Shown piece by piece: positions 13,416 to 24,065 of a stretch of DNA of 64,000 nt. Position numbers and translations under genes: made by a program. The notes under the pieces are model-generated. The model saw only the letters and a list, made by a program, of their open reading frames with translations. It was not told the origin of the DNA and did no database searches. This stretch comes from Psammoneis japonica (Eukaryota): contig QPGO01000261.1 in the NCBI GenBank assembly GCA_008632985.1, positions 1-64,000 of the forward strand, given 5' to 3'. Within the stretch, counting starts at the first letter, position 1, and every line of letters starts with the position of its first letter.

Positions 13416-13594
13416 GGGGGGGGGGGGGGGGGGNNNNNNNNNNNNNNNNNNNNNNNNNNNNNNNNNNNNNNNNNNNNNNNNNNNNNNNNNNNNNNNNNNN
13501 NNNNNNNNNNNNNNNNNNNNNNNNNNNNNNNNNNNNNNNNNNNNNNNNNNNNNNNNNNNNNNNNNNNNNNNNNNNNNNNNNNNNNNNNNNNNNN
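13416..13594. other. Poly-G run and assembly gap
   Basis: G18 at 13416-13433 followed by an N run at 13434-13594. Confidence 0.98.
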
Positions 13595-16500
13595 GGTCGC
13601 CGTTTTCTCAATGGCACCATCTTAAAGAGCCACAACAATCAACAGTGTGTCGTGTGTCGTCAACTCACACACGGTGGTGTTGACACATGAGAGTGCAACG
13701 GGCTCATTGTTGGCTCATGCGGTCAAAAAGTGATGGGCAAACAAATTTGACATTTCAGCTGTTTTTGCTGCAATCAATCAATGTCAAAGCACAGCAAGGC
13801 ATGTGCATGTGAAATGAATTGTGTGCTGTCGACACATGTCAGTGTCATGGCGAGATCATGGCTGTTGATGGAGACATTGCGTTTGCGGTTGCCATTGTCG
13901 TCGCGTTTCGACAAGTCGTGAAAAATTTTGAAACATCAAACATTCGTGCATGTGGGCATGTTTTTGCTCATGTGTTCTGCATGTTGAAGATTGCTGCATT
14001 CGCGGAGTCGTCACATTTTTCATGCGTGACAAGAACATCGCATGTCTTGATGGGAGAGCAAGCAGACCGAGTGTTGAGAGCACACTGTTCCTGGATGACC
14101 TGTCCTGCCATGCACCGGTCTGCACGCCATTGTCATTCTCGCATGTGTGCCCTCCTTTTCTTTGAATCTAGCCCAGATCCATCTTCCTGGTCCAGTTGGG
14201 TCACTTCCTTTTGAGACGAGGTCGTGGCTGAGTGTGCGCTGGACCAGTTGTCCCACCCCTCTGCATTGTCTTTTTCCTGATGTGGAGTGATGCGCGGTGT
14301 TGGTGGCGACCAAGGTGTGGGATCGACGAAGTGTGCACCAGCAATCATTCCATTGTTGATTTTTTGGGATCCGCTCAAAGTTCAAGTTTGCCTCAATGAT
14401 TCCCATGGAGTCCACCTTGCACTTTGTTGTCCATTGTTCAACTTCGTTGTGCTTGTCATGCTTTGTTTTTTCCACTGGGAGGCCTCCAATGTTGTGGAAA
14501 GCCAAACGGCAGGCACTCTGGATTTTGATGTCAATGGAATCTCCCCACCATTCATCTGAATGCTGGCTGTTGTTTTCCAAATTTACATCCTCCTCAGGTG
14601 GTCGCCGGCCATTCCGCTGAGGATGATGTGGTCAAGGGATCTCCTCCAGTGCCCTCGGCCATGGCACTGGTGTTGTCATCCACCATTGACTCTCCTTCTG
14701 GTGTCTTTGGTGTGGCCAGATTATCTGCATCCTCTTCCATCCCTGGGCAAGCTTGCAGCTTGGCAAGTTCCACTTCAACCCTTTCCCCAGCTTGGCGTGG
14801 GTGGAGGGTGTGGTGGCCAGGGAAGCTCCGTCATGATGCGTTTCTGACTGATTGGCTTCTGCTGCATCCATTCCCTGAAAGTCCACTGACTTCTCCTCTG
14901 TTTTGGAGCATGTCATGTCGCCATCCTTGTTGCGGGCCATTTCAACTGAGCTGACGTCATCCGTGTTTTCCAGACATGCTGCCACTTGCTCCATTGCAGT
15001 CTTCACCTGTTTGACATTTCCCTTCTTCGGTTTTTTGTTTTGTTTGGATGATTCCCGCTTTTGGTGCTCCTGCTGCTCAGTGCTGATGTTGGACTGCCAG
15101 CTGTCTTTGATGCTCCACAGATCATCTTCAACAATCTCTGGGAGTTTCTCGTTGTCTTTGGAAGTTGTTGTGCCTGCATCTGGATCGTAGACTGCATCTT
15201 TGTAGATGGCAACACCAGCTGCTTTGAACCATGATGCCGCTTTTGGTCCAAGAAAGTGCAGCACCTCTGGAGCAAGGTCATTGATGGTCTGCATTGCTTC
15301 AACATGCACTTTCCTTGGAAAGGTTGTTGCGTGTTTGTTCGGCCGATTCCATTTGCAGCCCACGTGATGAAAGAGAGGGATCATCTTGTGTTTGTCAGAG
15401 GCAGGGTTGGCAACTCTTTTCCTCATTAGATGGCATTGGAGGTTGATTGGTTTCCCTTTTGGGTCCTTGATGGTGCTGTCAAGATCTTTGAACAGAGCAC
15501 AATCCACCGCAATGATTGCCTGCTCTGTGAAGCAGTGCTGGCATTGAGCAAGTTCTGTGACATTCTTCTTTGCATTGTCTGGGGCGCAGTGGAGTGCTTG
15601 GGAGGAGAAGTGTGGAACGAAGCACAGCATTGAGCCCAACATCTTCTTCCTTGCTCCTGCCCTCCAGATCCTCTCAGCTTGGATTCTTGCTTTGCATGCT
15701 TGACGGATCTCTGCATCAATGTGCAATGCCATGGGGTTCTTTTTTGGGTCGCCTCGATCAAATTTTGGACGTTTGCCGTCTGCCCCACATGTGATTCTCC
15801 ACTGCAGTCCCAGGTCTTGTGAATTCTGGATGCCCAGGCAGCACCTGACATTGTTGTGGAGAGTGACCTCTGTTGCAGTTTTGCTGCTGCAACAGAGCCA
15901 TCCTGTGCACTCAGCATGCATTGCTTGACAAGGAACAGGGTTCTGAGCAACAGAAAACTTTCCACATTCGATGTCCTCCATTGTTCTGTGCAGTTTTGAT
16001 CTGAACTCAGCCAGGCAAAATTTCGGTTCACCTTCAACTGCAAAGCAAATCAAGCAGCACATCACATGTTCTTGATTTCACTCATGGGTTGCAACGTCCC
16101 ACCTCCAAGAAGGAACTGAAGAGCTCCCTTTCTTGTGCCTTTCCTTCTGGAATGTCTTCTAGAGAGGTCCAATCACCGCAGGTCTCGCAAAGATCTGGGT
16201 CCCATGGACCAATGTGTGCATTGTCTCCTAAAACATTTTGAATGATTTCAAGAGCCTGTTCCAGCATTTTTGCTGTTTCCTTGAAGGGCTTGTCTGTCGA
16301 AGGGGCAGCCAACCACGCGTTGCATCTGATGTTCCAACAAGTTGCAGACGACTCTTCTTCTTCATCATCATCTTCTTCAGACTCTTCCATCGCTGATGCA
16401 TCTTGACAGTTGGTGCTCCTCAGATTTTCTGTTGGACCATCTTGTCCTTCTTCCATGCTGGTGTCTTCTTGTGGACCATCTGTTTCCGTTTCTTCCTCCT

Positions 16501-17059
16501 CATTTTCCTGAGTTTTTTCCTGACCCGATTCTTCTTGATCAGTTTGTTCCGGCGTGAAAGAAACATCCTGGACCATCAAATGCGTTGTCGCAGGTGTTCT
16601 CTTCTTCTTCGTTGTCTTCGCCATCTTCTGTCATGTGATCCTGACTGGTGATCTGTAAGTCTTTATCGTGCTTGTTCTTGCTTCGCGTACATTGACCATG
16701 AACCGGGGGCGTGACTATGAATGCTGTCTGGTCTCGTTTTCCTTGGTACGTGAATTTTGTGTAGAATCAGTACCAGAGTTACTGCCTCTATGTTGAAATG
16801 AGAAACGTTGAAGATTCTTTCGCTCAAAAGCTAGCTCTCTAGAGAGAGAGCGAGAGGACCATGTGTCGATCGGTCGATCGATTACTTTAGCGTTGCTACG
16901 CATCCGCACTGCAGCGCCGGCGTAACAGGTTAGCCACACAATGTGAACTCTACGAAAGCTTTCCAAGCTCGAGTCAATACCTGAATCTCTTTCACCCCGG
17001 GTTCTCTTCGACGTACTGTACTGCATTAGCTTGTCAGTACAGTGAATCCTAATCTGATC

Positions 17060-17340
17060 GGTCTGGCCACAGTATCTCCACCAAATAATATGCCGGTCCT
17101 CCGTCCGAGACTTCCACCAATTGATCTCCTTTACAGCTGTGGTGCGAATTTATTTTATTGACTTTCAGCATTATTATCCAAAGATGTGGCAGCACAGCAA
17201 ATTTCCTGTCACCGACGCATCATAAAGGTAATAAGACCCATAACACCGTAATCACACTCTCGAAAACAAGAGGACAGCAAAGCCAAGGCATTCGAAGAGC
17301 TATGTGTAACTTTCATTTTCACTAGCTCTGCGGTGCTATC
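17060..17340 (-). pseudogene. Degenerate second TIR half-domain downstream of ROCO copy 2
   Basis: Minus strand reads SSNALALLSSCFRECDYGVMGLITFMMRR*, resembling CTHAVIILSPNFRESRYCVMELNTFMMRR of the upstream TIR; out of frame with it. Confidence 0.65.
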
Positions 17341-17347
17341 CTTATCA

Positions 17348-20300
17348 CTAGAAGCGACTAGACCCAGTATTTTGATCATGAGCATATTCTACCAAACTTT
17401 CGGGAATGGGAGGAGTAGTTTCGTCTAGACGATGCTCCTCAACGTATCGCACCAGCTCATCTTCCAATGATAATTCATCCCATTCTGGCTTGTCGCGATC
17501 ACATTTGAGACGTTCAATGAGGTCTGGCCACAATCTTCCGACTAGATACCTTGCGGGATCATCTATCCGAGCCGGAAAGTAGATGATTCTCTTTAGAGCT
17601 GGAGCAAACCTGTCGACTTCGTCGAGCTTCCAAAGATACGGGAATACCTTCAAGTTTTTCTGCTCCCGTCGCATCATGAAAGTGTTGAGCTCCATGACAC
17701 AGTAGCGACTCTCTCGAAAGTTGGGTGACAATATAATCACGGCATGGGTACACGTGTGCGCAGCTTCGAGTAGAGAACGCATCTGGTCTTCCCCAGTTTT
17801 CAAGCTTCCATCATCGATGAAGGTCTTGACGCCCAATCTTTTGGTGAGAAACCAACGCGTAGGACGAGCAATAGTCTCTTTGGTATCACCTCTATGCGAC
17901 AGAAACACATACGGATCACCACCAAGGTTGACCTGCCAAACACTGCTAGGATCCAGAACACCTTCCATTGACAACTCTCCCACATCTGTCTCGATACCAT
18001 CCAACCGTGCTTGCGTGTACAAGCTGGAAACGTTTCGTCCGTCAACTACAATCTGCGAGTGGGTGCCGTGGTGGCCGATTTCTTGAGCTTGAGAAAAGTG
18101 AGCAAGACGAGCCATCATTTGATTCAGCAGCGCCTTGTGCCTCGATGCCTTTCCGATCTTGTTGTAGCTGGCTTCTCCGTTCGTACAAACCACCGGAAAA
18201 TTAACATTTCTTCTGCGCTTGCGACAAAAATGCGAACTCATTCTCCTCTCTGGATTTGTCACTTTCGACCACCCAAATAACTGGGAATCTTGTCCTCTGC
18301 CAGCACTAACGCAGCAATGACATGCTAGCACCTCGTCATACTGCAAACCTGCGAAGTGATCCGTCACTTCGTCACGAACAAAGCTAACGGCACCGTTCAA
18401 CAGGCCCCAAGTTTCGTCCCTAAGCACGTCGTCCTTCGGACAGCGTACAGAAAACGACAAGTACGGCTCGCGGCCGACTATCTCCACAAGCTCGGACCGG
18501 ATCCATCGATCCTTCTCGTCAACCACAATCGCGCCATTCAGATATGTGCATACACAATTCCCATATGCATGGGTTGCAGCAGCAAAGTGTGCAGTAAGAC
18601 TCGAAGGGCAGCCCCTGTACATTATCAAGCGCAAATCTCGCTGCTCTTGTCCGGCTGGTACTTGCTCCGGCCACATATCCTCCCAATCTGACGGTATTTC
18701 TTTCTTTAAACGGAAGAGAACCACGGGAATAACATCAGCTGTGACTCGGGAACTGGTGTTCGTAGAAGAGTTCGGATGAGGTGACGAAGCAAATATGACG
18801 TCCGATTCAAGAAGCATCTGCAGAATCATTTGGTAGTCTTCTCGATCAATATTGAACTCACGCCACAAAAAGGGAAGAATCAGTGCGTCCAGCTCTCCGT
18901 TATATGTCAAATCTTTCAGCCCCTCCATTAAATCTTGTCGTAGTCCAATTCTTTTACTCTCGCAATTCTCGACGAAACTCTCAACTTCCTCGCCAAACTC
19001 CGATGAGTCTATTTTTTCGAGTGTCAAAGTATGGTCTATGAGAGGTGTGATCAAGTCGGTTACAAAAGACGGTTGCAAATACGCCAGCCCAGCATCAACA
19101 AAAATACTGCCCCGGGCTTCAAGAAGTCCTAGTGCATCGTCAAACGTAGTGTTGTCAGCCAGGGGGGCGTGCAAGAAGCGGAATTGATCCCACAATGAAT
19201 TGAGCCTTTCAACTGAACAGTATGGTCCTTTGGCTGGTATCTCAATCTCGCCGTCTGTAGTCGTCTTCATGTTCCCAATCTCGCCCAACGGGATAGCATC
19301 ATCGGAACTTGCTGCAGAGAAAAGCTCTTCTTCATCGGCATCTGCACCGCACTGAAGAACAGCGCCAAAGAATTTCCACAGCTCCTGCCATGACTTTGGG
19401 ATTAGCGTACCGACACTTGATAACCTCGGCTCCGCATGATCCTGCGTATGCCTAAAGATGGTATTGCTCACCTCTTCCCTAGCGCATGCAATGGCACTTT
19501 CACTCGTTACGGATACTTCCAGGACATTGGTTAGGACCCGGAGCAGTGGCGGCTTCTTTCTTTCCGTCGATTCCTCAGGTATGACACGATCATGAAGAGC
19601 AACTTCCTCTCTTTCTCTATTCGCGGCGGCATCACGCCATTTTTGAAGCTGCCCTTGGACTTTATTCTGGAGCCATTGCACTCTTTTCTCGAGCCATTGC
19701 TTTCGTTCAACCTCGTCCAACTCGTCCGGCACAATATCAACCTTAGATAGGACAAGTTGCACCACGGCACCCGGTGCCCTTGCCTGTAAAAGCACAAGAA
19801 AGCGATGCACTACTTCTTCATAGAAATCGTCGTGTGCTTTGTCCGCCGCCACGACAAGTAAAAAGAGTGACAACGCTGTCATGAATGGTGCCTGCCCCAC
19901 AGCATAGTCTTGCTGACCGCCGCAGTCATAGACCATTAGCGTAATTGGATCATCGCTGTATTCATCGGGTGCGTCTATCTGCACAGGTTCCACATCAAGA
20001 TAGATGGTCCGTTCCTCCTCACCCTCTGTGCGCGCCGGGAAACGACCGGCAATGGCATTGCGCAGGCTCGTCTTTCCTGCTTCCCCGTCCCCCACGAGCA
20101 CCGCCTTGAGCTGTCTGGATGTGGTTGCCCCCCCTTTATCCACGGCATCAAAGTAACGAGCAATCGCCTCGAGGCCCTGTTCCGCAATCTCGGACGGGGG
20201 TTCCAACAGTGGATCTCCAACCACATAAAACTCGCAGTTTCCCTCAAGCTTGACAAAGGAGCGTGGAAGTCTTGAAATTAGATTGAAACTCAGATCAAGC

Positions 20301-21106
20301 TTCCGGAGATTCGACGCCAATGTCTGGTTCGTCTCCAGTGCTTTGCCAATGGCCGCGGCAACCCCGTCTCCAATGGGATTGGCGAAGAGAGAAAGCTCCG
20401 TCAATGTTTTATTTCTTTCTAACGCTTTTCCAATGGCCGCGGCACCCTTGCGCTCAATGGAATTGCCGTCGAGAAAAAGCCCCGTCAATGTTTTGTTCGT
20501 TTCTAGCGCTTTTAAAATAGCTACGGCACCCTCGTCTCGAATGGCATTGTTTGTAAGATGAAGCACCGTCAATGTTATATTCATTTCTAGCGCTTTTCCA
20601 ACAGCCGCAGCACCCTCATGTCCGATGGAATTGGCACCAAGATAAAGCACCGTCAATGTTGTGTTCGTTTCCAGTGCTTTTCCAATGGCCACGGCACCTT
20701 TGGCTCCAATGGAATTTTCGCCGAGATGAAGCCACGTCAATGTCGTGTTCCTTTTCAGCGCTTTTCCAATGGCCGCGGCACCCTCGACTCCAATGGAATT
20801 GTTGGAGAGATAAAGCACCGTCAACGTTGAATTCGTTTCTAGCGCTTTTCCAATGGCCGAAGCACCCTCGTCTCCAATGTAATTGTATCCAAGATTAAGC
20901 TCTGTCAATGCAGTGTTCATTTCTAGTGTTTTTCCAATGGCCACGGCATTCTCATCTCCAATGTAATTCGTGTAGAAACTAAGCTCCGTCACTGTTGGAT
21001 CATTCTCTAGGAAGAGACGAATGCGCTCTTGAGCATGTGGCGACAAATGAATGAACCAATCCGCTGACATGTCAATGCTGCTGGAACTTGACGAAGACTG
21101 TTGCAT
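17348..21106 (-). CDS. LRR-ROC-COR-TIR ROCO-family receptor-like protein, copy 2 (intact, ~1252 aa)
   Basis: Eight 28-aa LRRs; ROC (LVGDGEAGKTS, RTIYLDV, YDCGGQQDY, LSKVD); COR region with a CxxC; C-terminal TIR (YVFLSHRG, TFIDD, AVIILSPNFRESRYCVMEL, with the Glu expected at the TIR catalytic position). Confidence 0.93.
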   Translation of the reverse strand: MQQSSSSSSSIDMSADWFIHLSPHAQERIRLFLENDPTVTELSFYTNYIGDENAVAIGKTLEMNTALTELNLGYNYIGDEGASAIGKALETNSTLTVLYLSNNSIGVEGAAAIGKALKRNTTLTWLHLGENSIGAKGAVAIGKALETNTTLTVLYLGANSIGHEGAAAVGKALEMNITLTVLHLTNNAIRDEGAVAILKALETNKTLTGLFLDGNSIERKGAAAIGKALERNKTLTELSLFANPIGDGVAAAIGKALETNQTLASNLRKLDLSFNLISRLPRSFVKLEGNCEFYVVGDPLLEPPSEIAEQGLEAIARYFDAVDKGGATTSRQLKAVLVGDGEAGKTSLRNAIAGRFPARTEGEEERTIYLDVEPVQIDAPDEYSDDPITLMVYDCGGQQDYAVGQAPFMTALSLFLLVVAADKAHDDFYEEVVHRFLVLLQARAPGAVVQLVLSKVDIVPDELDEVERKQWLEKRVQWLQNKVQGQLQKWRDAAANREREEVALHDRVIPEESTERKKPPLLRVLTNVLEVSVTSESAIACAREEVSNTIFRHTQDHAEPRLSSVGTLIPKSWQELWKFFGAVLQCGADADEEELFSAASSDDAIPLGEIGNMKTTTDGEIEIPAKGPYCSVERLNSLWDQFRFLHAPLADNTTFDDALGLLEARGSIFVDAGLAYLQPSFVTDLITPLIDHTLTLEKIDSSEFGEEVESFVENCESKRIGLRQDLMEGLKDLTYNGELDALILPFLWREFNIDREDYQMILQMLLESDVIFASSPHPNSSTNTSSRVTADVIPVVLFRLKKEIPSDWEDMWPEQVPAGQEQRDLRLIMYRGCPSSLTAHFAAATHAYGNCVCTYLNGAIVVDEKDRWIRSELVEIVGREPYLSFSVRCPKDDVLRDETWGLLNGAVSFVRDEVTDHFAGLQYDEVLACHCCVSAGRGQDSQLFGWSKVTNPERRMSSHFCRKRRRNVNFPVVCTNGEASYNKIGKASRHKALLNQMMARLAHFSQAQEIGHHGTHSQIVVDGRNVSSLYTQARLDGIETDVGELSMEGVLDPSSVWQVNLGGDPYVFLSHRGDTKETIARPTRWFLTKRLGVKTFIDDGSLKTGEDQMRSLLEAAHTCTHAVIILSPNFRESRYCVMELNTFMMRREQKNLKVFPYLWKLDEVDRFAPALKRIIYFPARIDDPARYLVGRLWPDLIERLKCDRDKPEWDELSLEDELVRYVEEHRLDETTPPIPESLVEYAHDQNTGSSRF

Positions 21107-21743
21107 CTTTTTGAAGACGAGACTTGTTTCCAAGCAATCCAACAATCCCAGGCAAGCAGCGCCAGTATCTTTTTCGTCTCACTCGATTTTGTGCAAGGAT
21201 GAGGAGTCCGTCACATTTGCTGGCTGCGTTGCCTCTCTGCGATGAAACCACTCGAATGGAGCAAATGTGTTGGTGTATCTGACGAGAAGAGACATTATCA
21301 AGGATGGGAATACTGTGTTGTATGAGGGATCATGGATAATGGCTCTTGCAATGGTGTCATGATAATGGCGAACGATGATTCTCCGTAGACGAGATGCCAA
21401 ATAATGCCGGAGGAGAGAACGGAAGAAGAATCATCATCGTCGTGCGTCAGTGGCGATTTGAGCACGGATTGCTTCTAATTCCTTTCTTTCAAGTAAAATT
21501 AGTACCACATTGTACGTAAAAAGGAATGAAAAGAAGGAATCTTGGGCGAGTGTATCTTTTGATCGTCATCACCCAATCAGCAAATTAATGTCACCGCCGC
21601 ACTCACTCGTCCATTCGTCCATTCATCCCGCCTCCATCCTCCATCACCCACCACGGCCACGTCGTTGTTGAAAAGGCCATTGTGGTTGCATGACTGTTGC
21701 TCTGTTCCAGCCAACATCACACACACACAAAACAACAAACAAA

Positions 21744-22774
21744 ATGGGAAAAAAGACCTTGGGTGCGAGTCTCAAGGGCAAAAAGCCCACCCATCGAGGC
21801 ACTTCAAAGACTGCCATCACGTCCAATCCGGGTCGGATCGGGGACAAACTGAAACGTTCGGAAATGTGCGGAAAGTGTCTCATGGAAAAGAAGCATCAAA
21901 AGAACATGGCTCATCGTCAACGTGCCAAGGAAGCCGAGGCACTCGGAGAAGAAGCTCCAGAAAAGCCCGCGCCGCAAACTCTGGAAAGCACGCGTGAGTT
22001 GGAGCCAACGTTGGCAAAACCAAACGATGAAGAAGTTGCCACCGACCAAGCTGAAGGTGAGTTTGCACCGCACTTTAACGATCAAGTGCAGCCCAAAATT
22101 CTCATCACCACATGACCACGTCCGTCGAAGCAGCTCTTTTGTTTTGTTGCAGACTTGCAAAGATTCTTTCGGCAGGCGCGCTTTTGTCCTCGCAAATTCT
22201 TCACAGTCAAGGAAATTTGTGGCTTTGCTGCCAATCGCGGCTTTTCCCATTTGACTGCATTGAGTGAAAAATCCAAGGCATGCAACGGCATGACCACATT
22301 TCGCGTTTGCGTGTTTGTGAAGGACACAACGTGACGGCCGGCCCCACGGCCTTTTTCAAGGTGAGCAACGTCATTTCGTCGACTGACATTCCCAACCACG
22401 GCTCCGCCACAAGTCACATTCCCGAATTGGTTTTGAGTGGATTTGGAACATGACTTGGACATCGTGTTGGGCATTTTTTGGGAAGTTTGTTTCCGCACAA
22501 TGCTCAGTTTCAGGGACGGCAGGTGGCGACCTTTCACAATCAGCGGGACTTCATCTTTGTGCGGCATCATCGACATGTCTTTGAGCCATCCAAGAATGTC
22601 AGCAAAGAGACAAAGCAACCTAAGACCAAGGCAAGATTGCAAGAACTGGGGCCTTGATTTGCTCTCAAGCTCCGGTGGATTCAGGAGGGTGCTTTTGACG
22701 CCATGTTTGGTGAATGTGAATGGATTCACAAGCGCAAAGAGATGGACATGATGCGCAGAAAGTTTCATTTGCAA
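21744..22774 (+). pseudogene. RPF1: RPF1 pseudogene, hypermutated
   Basis: Collinear with 2203-3228. CGA-to-TGA stops at 22113 and 22451, indels near 22300-22330, stop TAA changed to CAA, and Tyr codons changed to Cys or His. Confidence 0.95.
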
Positions 22775-24065
22775 TGAGATTTTGGCAGCACAGATGATGA
22801 TTGTCAACAATCTGTTGTTTGTAAGTTGTTTTTTTTTGTCCAGTGCTGCAACAAAGGATGCGGACACGGACTGGAAATGACCACCAGTTCGGTCAATGTG
22901 GCGCGCATCTTTGACATGCCGCTGTTTCGTCTTGCACTGTTTCATTGACAACTTGTGTGCGGCACTCTTCTGCCTTCCTCACTCTTGTCCACAAAACAGA
23001 ATGCCAGTGTGGCCCAGCCCACATCAGTGTGGTTTGGGGTCTCAATTCATGGTTGTTCTGTCAATCTGTTCGATGAATTCAACCAGCTGTGCTCTCCAAC
23101 CTTGCGGAATGCTGTCTTGCACACAGCCAGAGAGCACCGGTGCTTGACTTGATGGCAGCAAGATTCAAAAGTGGCTGCAGAGTTGCAAATCAAAATGCTG
23201 CAGAGCAAGACATGATGGATTGTTGGGAGTGCTAAAAACACACAACAGTGGCTTGCCTTTTGTTCGAAATGTCTTTCATTTGAAATGCTCAGCCAATCTC
23301 GCCATTGGTGAGCACTCCAGTTGCAACCTGCCTGCAAACACAAGTGAGAGTGAGCATGGCAAAAACCAGGCACTGGCAACAATCACCAAGAATGAACACA
23401 ACATCAATGTGGCACTCCAAACCAAAAGAGCTTGCTTGGAAGGGCGCCACGCAACAAGCGCAGAGGCAGGAGCAGAAGGGTGCATCATTTTGCTCTTGCA
23501 CTGAAAAACAGAACAGCAAGAGCAAATCTTCTTTCTGTTTGGCCCTTTCCTCTTTTCCAGAATGCTGCTCTCATTGTGGCCAAGCAACAAGTGGAAGCAG
23601 GTGCCAAGGTTGCAGGGTCAGCGGCCTGTTGCAGCTCTTGGCTTGGCACCAGCAGCAGCAGCAGCACAGCAAGCTGCGCCATCAAAACACAAAGGGTGCA
23701 GAGATGATGACCATGGGCTCCAGCTTTGCAAGGCACAAGAGGAGCCACAAAGGTGCTGGTGGCATGGAGCCTGAGCTCTGAGAAACTCACAGAAGCTGCT
23801 GTCATCTCTGGGGGCAAGCACGCAAGTTGGCGCATTTGTGAGCTGTGCATCTGATGTGGTGAAATGCAAACTAACTGCATCTGTGAAGTGGAAGCAAGAG
23901 CTCAGCTCCCTGATGTGGAAAAAGTGTTGTGGTCCAAGGCCAAATGATTGTGCAATTCTGGGCCATTCACAAGCAAAAGGTGCAGAGCACCCCAGTCTGC
24001 TGGTCAGGCGTGTGAAACATGCTGGTCTGGGCAGAGCTCCATGCAGCTGTGAGACCCAGGCCTCA
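22775..24065 (+). repeat. Diverged copy of the sequence downstream of RPF1 copy 1 (~3230-4400)
   Basis: Shared blocks such as GGTGCATCATTTTGCTCTTGCACTGAAAAACAGA at ~3872 and ~23479. Confidence 0.85.

Larger units (their letters stand above)
6450..16700 (-). mobile_element. Non-LTR retrotransposon A (diatom Ambal-like: ORF1, APE, RT, RNase H), heavily decayed and carrying nested insertions; ends approximate
   Basis: ORF1-like region 16624-14632; APE motifs at 14580-14020 (RLAFHNIGGLP, DPTGPGRWIW); RT motifs at 13400-12150 (TSSGP, AKSCCDRI, QGHGAAPGIW, AFVDDTDL, GALVPSKS); RNase H at ~8000-7500 (VDGSFK, RGELGGI); C-terminal PRCG..HVL and QLWNTAWDMW. Confidence 0.85.

Noticed and set aside
13416..13594. 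Poly-G or poly-Pro tract
   Set aside because: It abuts the N gap and is a typical sequencing artefact.
9377..21106. Diversity-generating retroelement acting on the LRRs
   Set aside because: The RTs are ordinary LINE and gypsy types, no template/variable repeat pair was seen, and the adenine changes are transitions on both strands that avoid the LRR genes.
21744..22774. Classical fungal RIP
   Set aside because: RIP raises TpA through C-to-T change. Here TpA is removed, and near-identical duplicates are spared.
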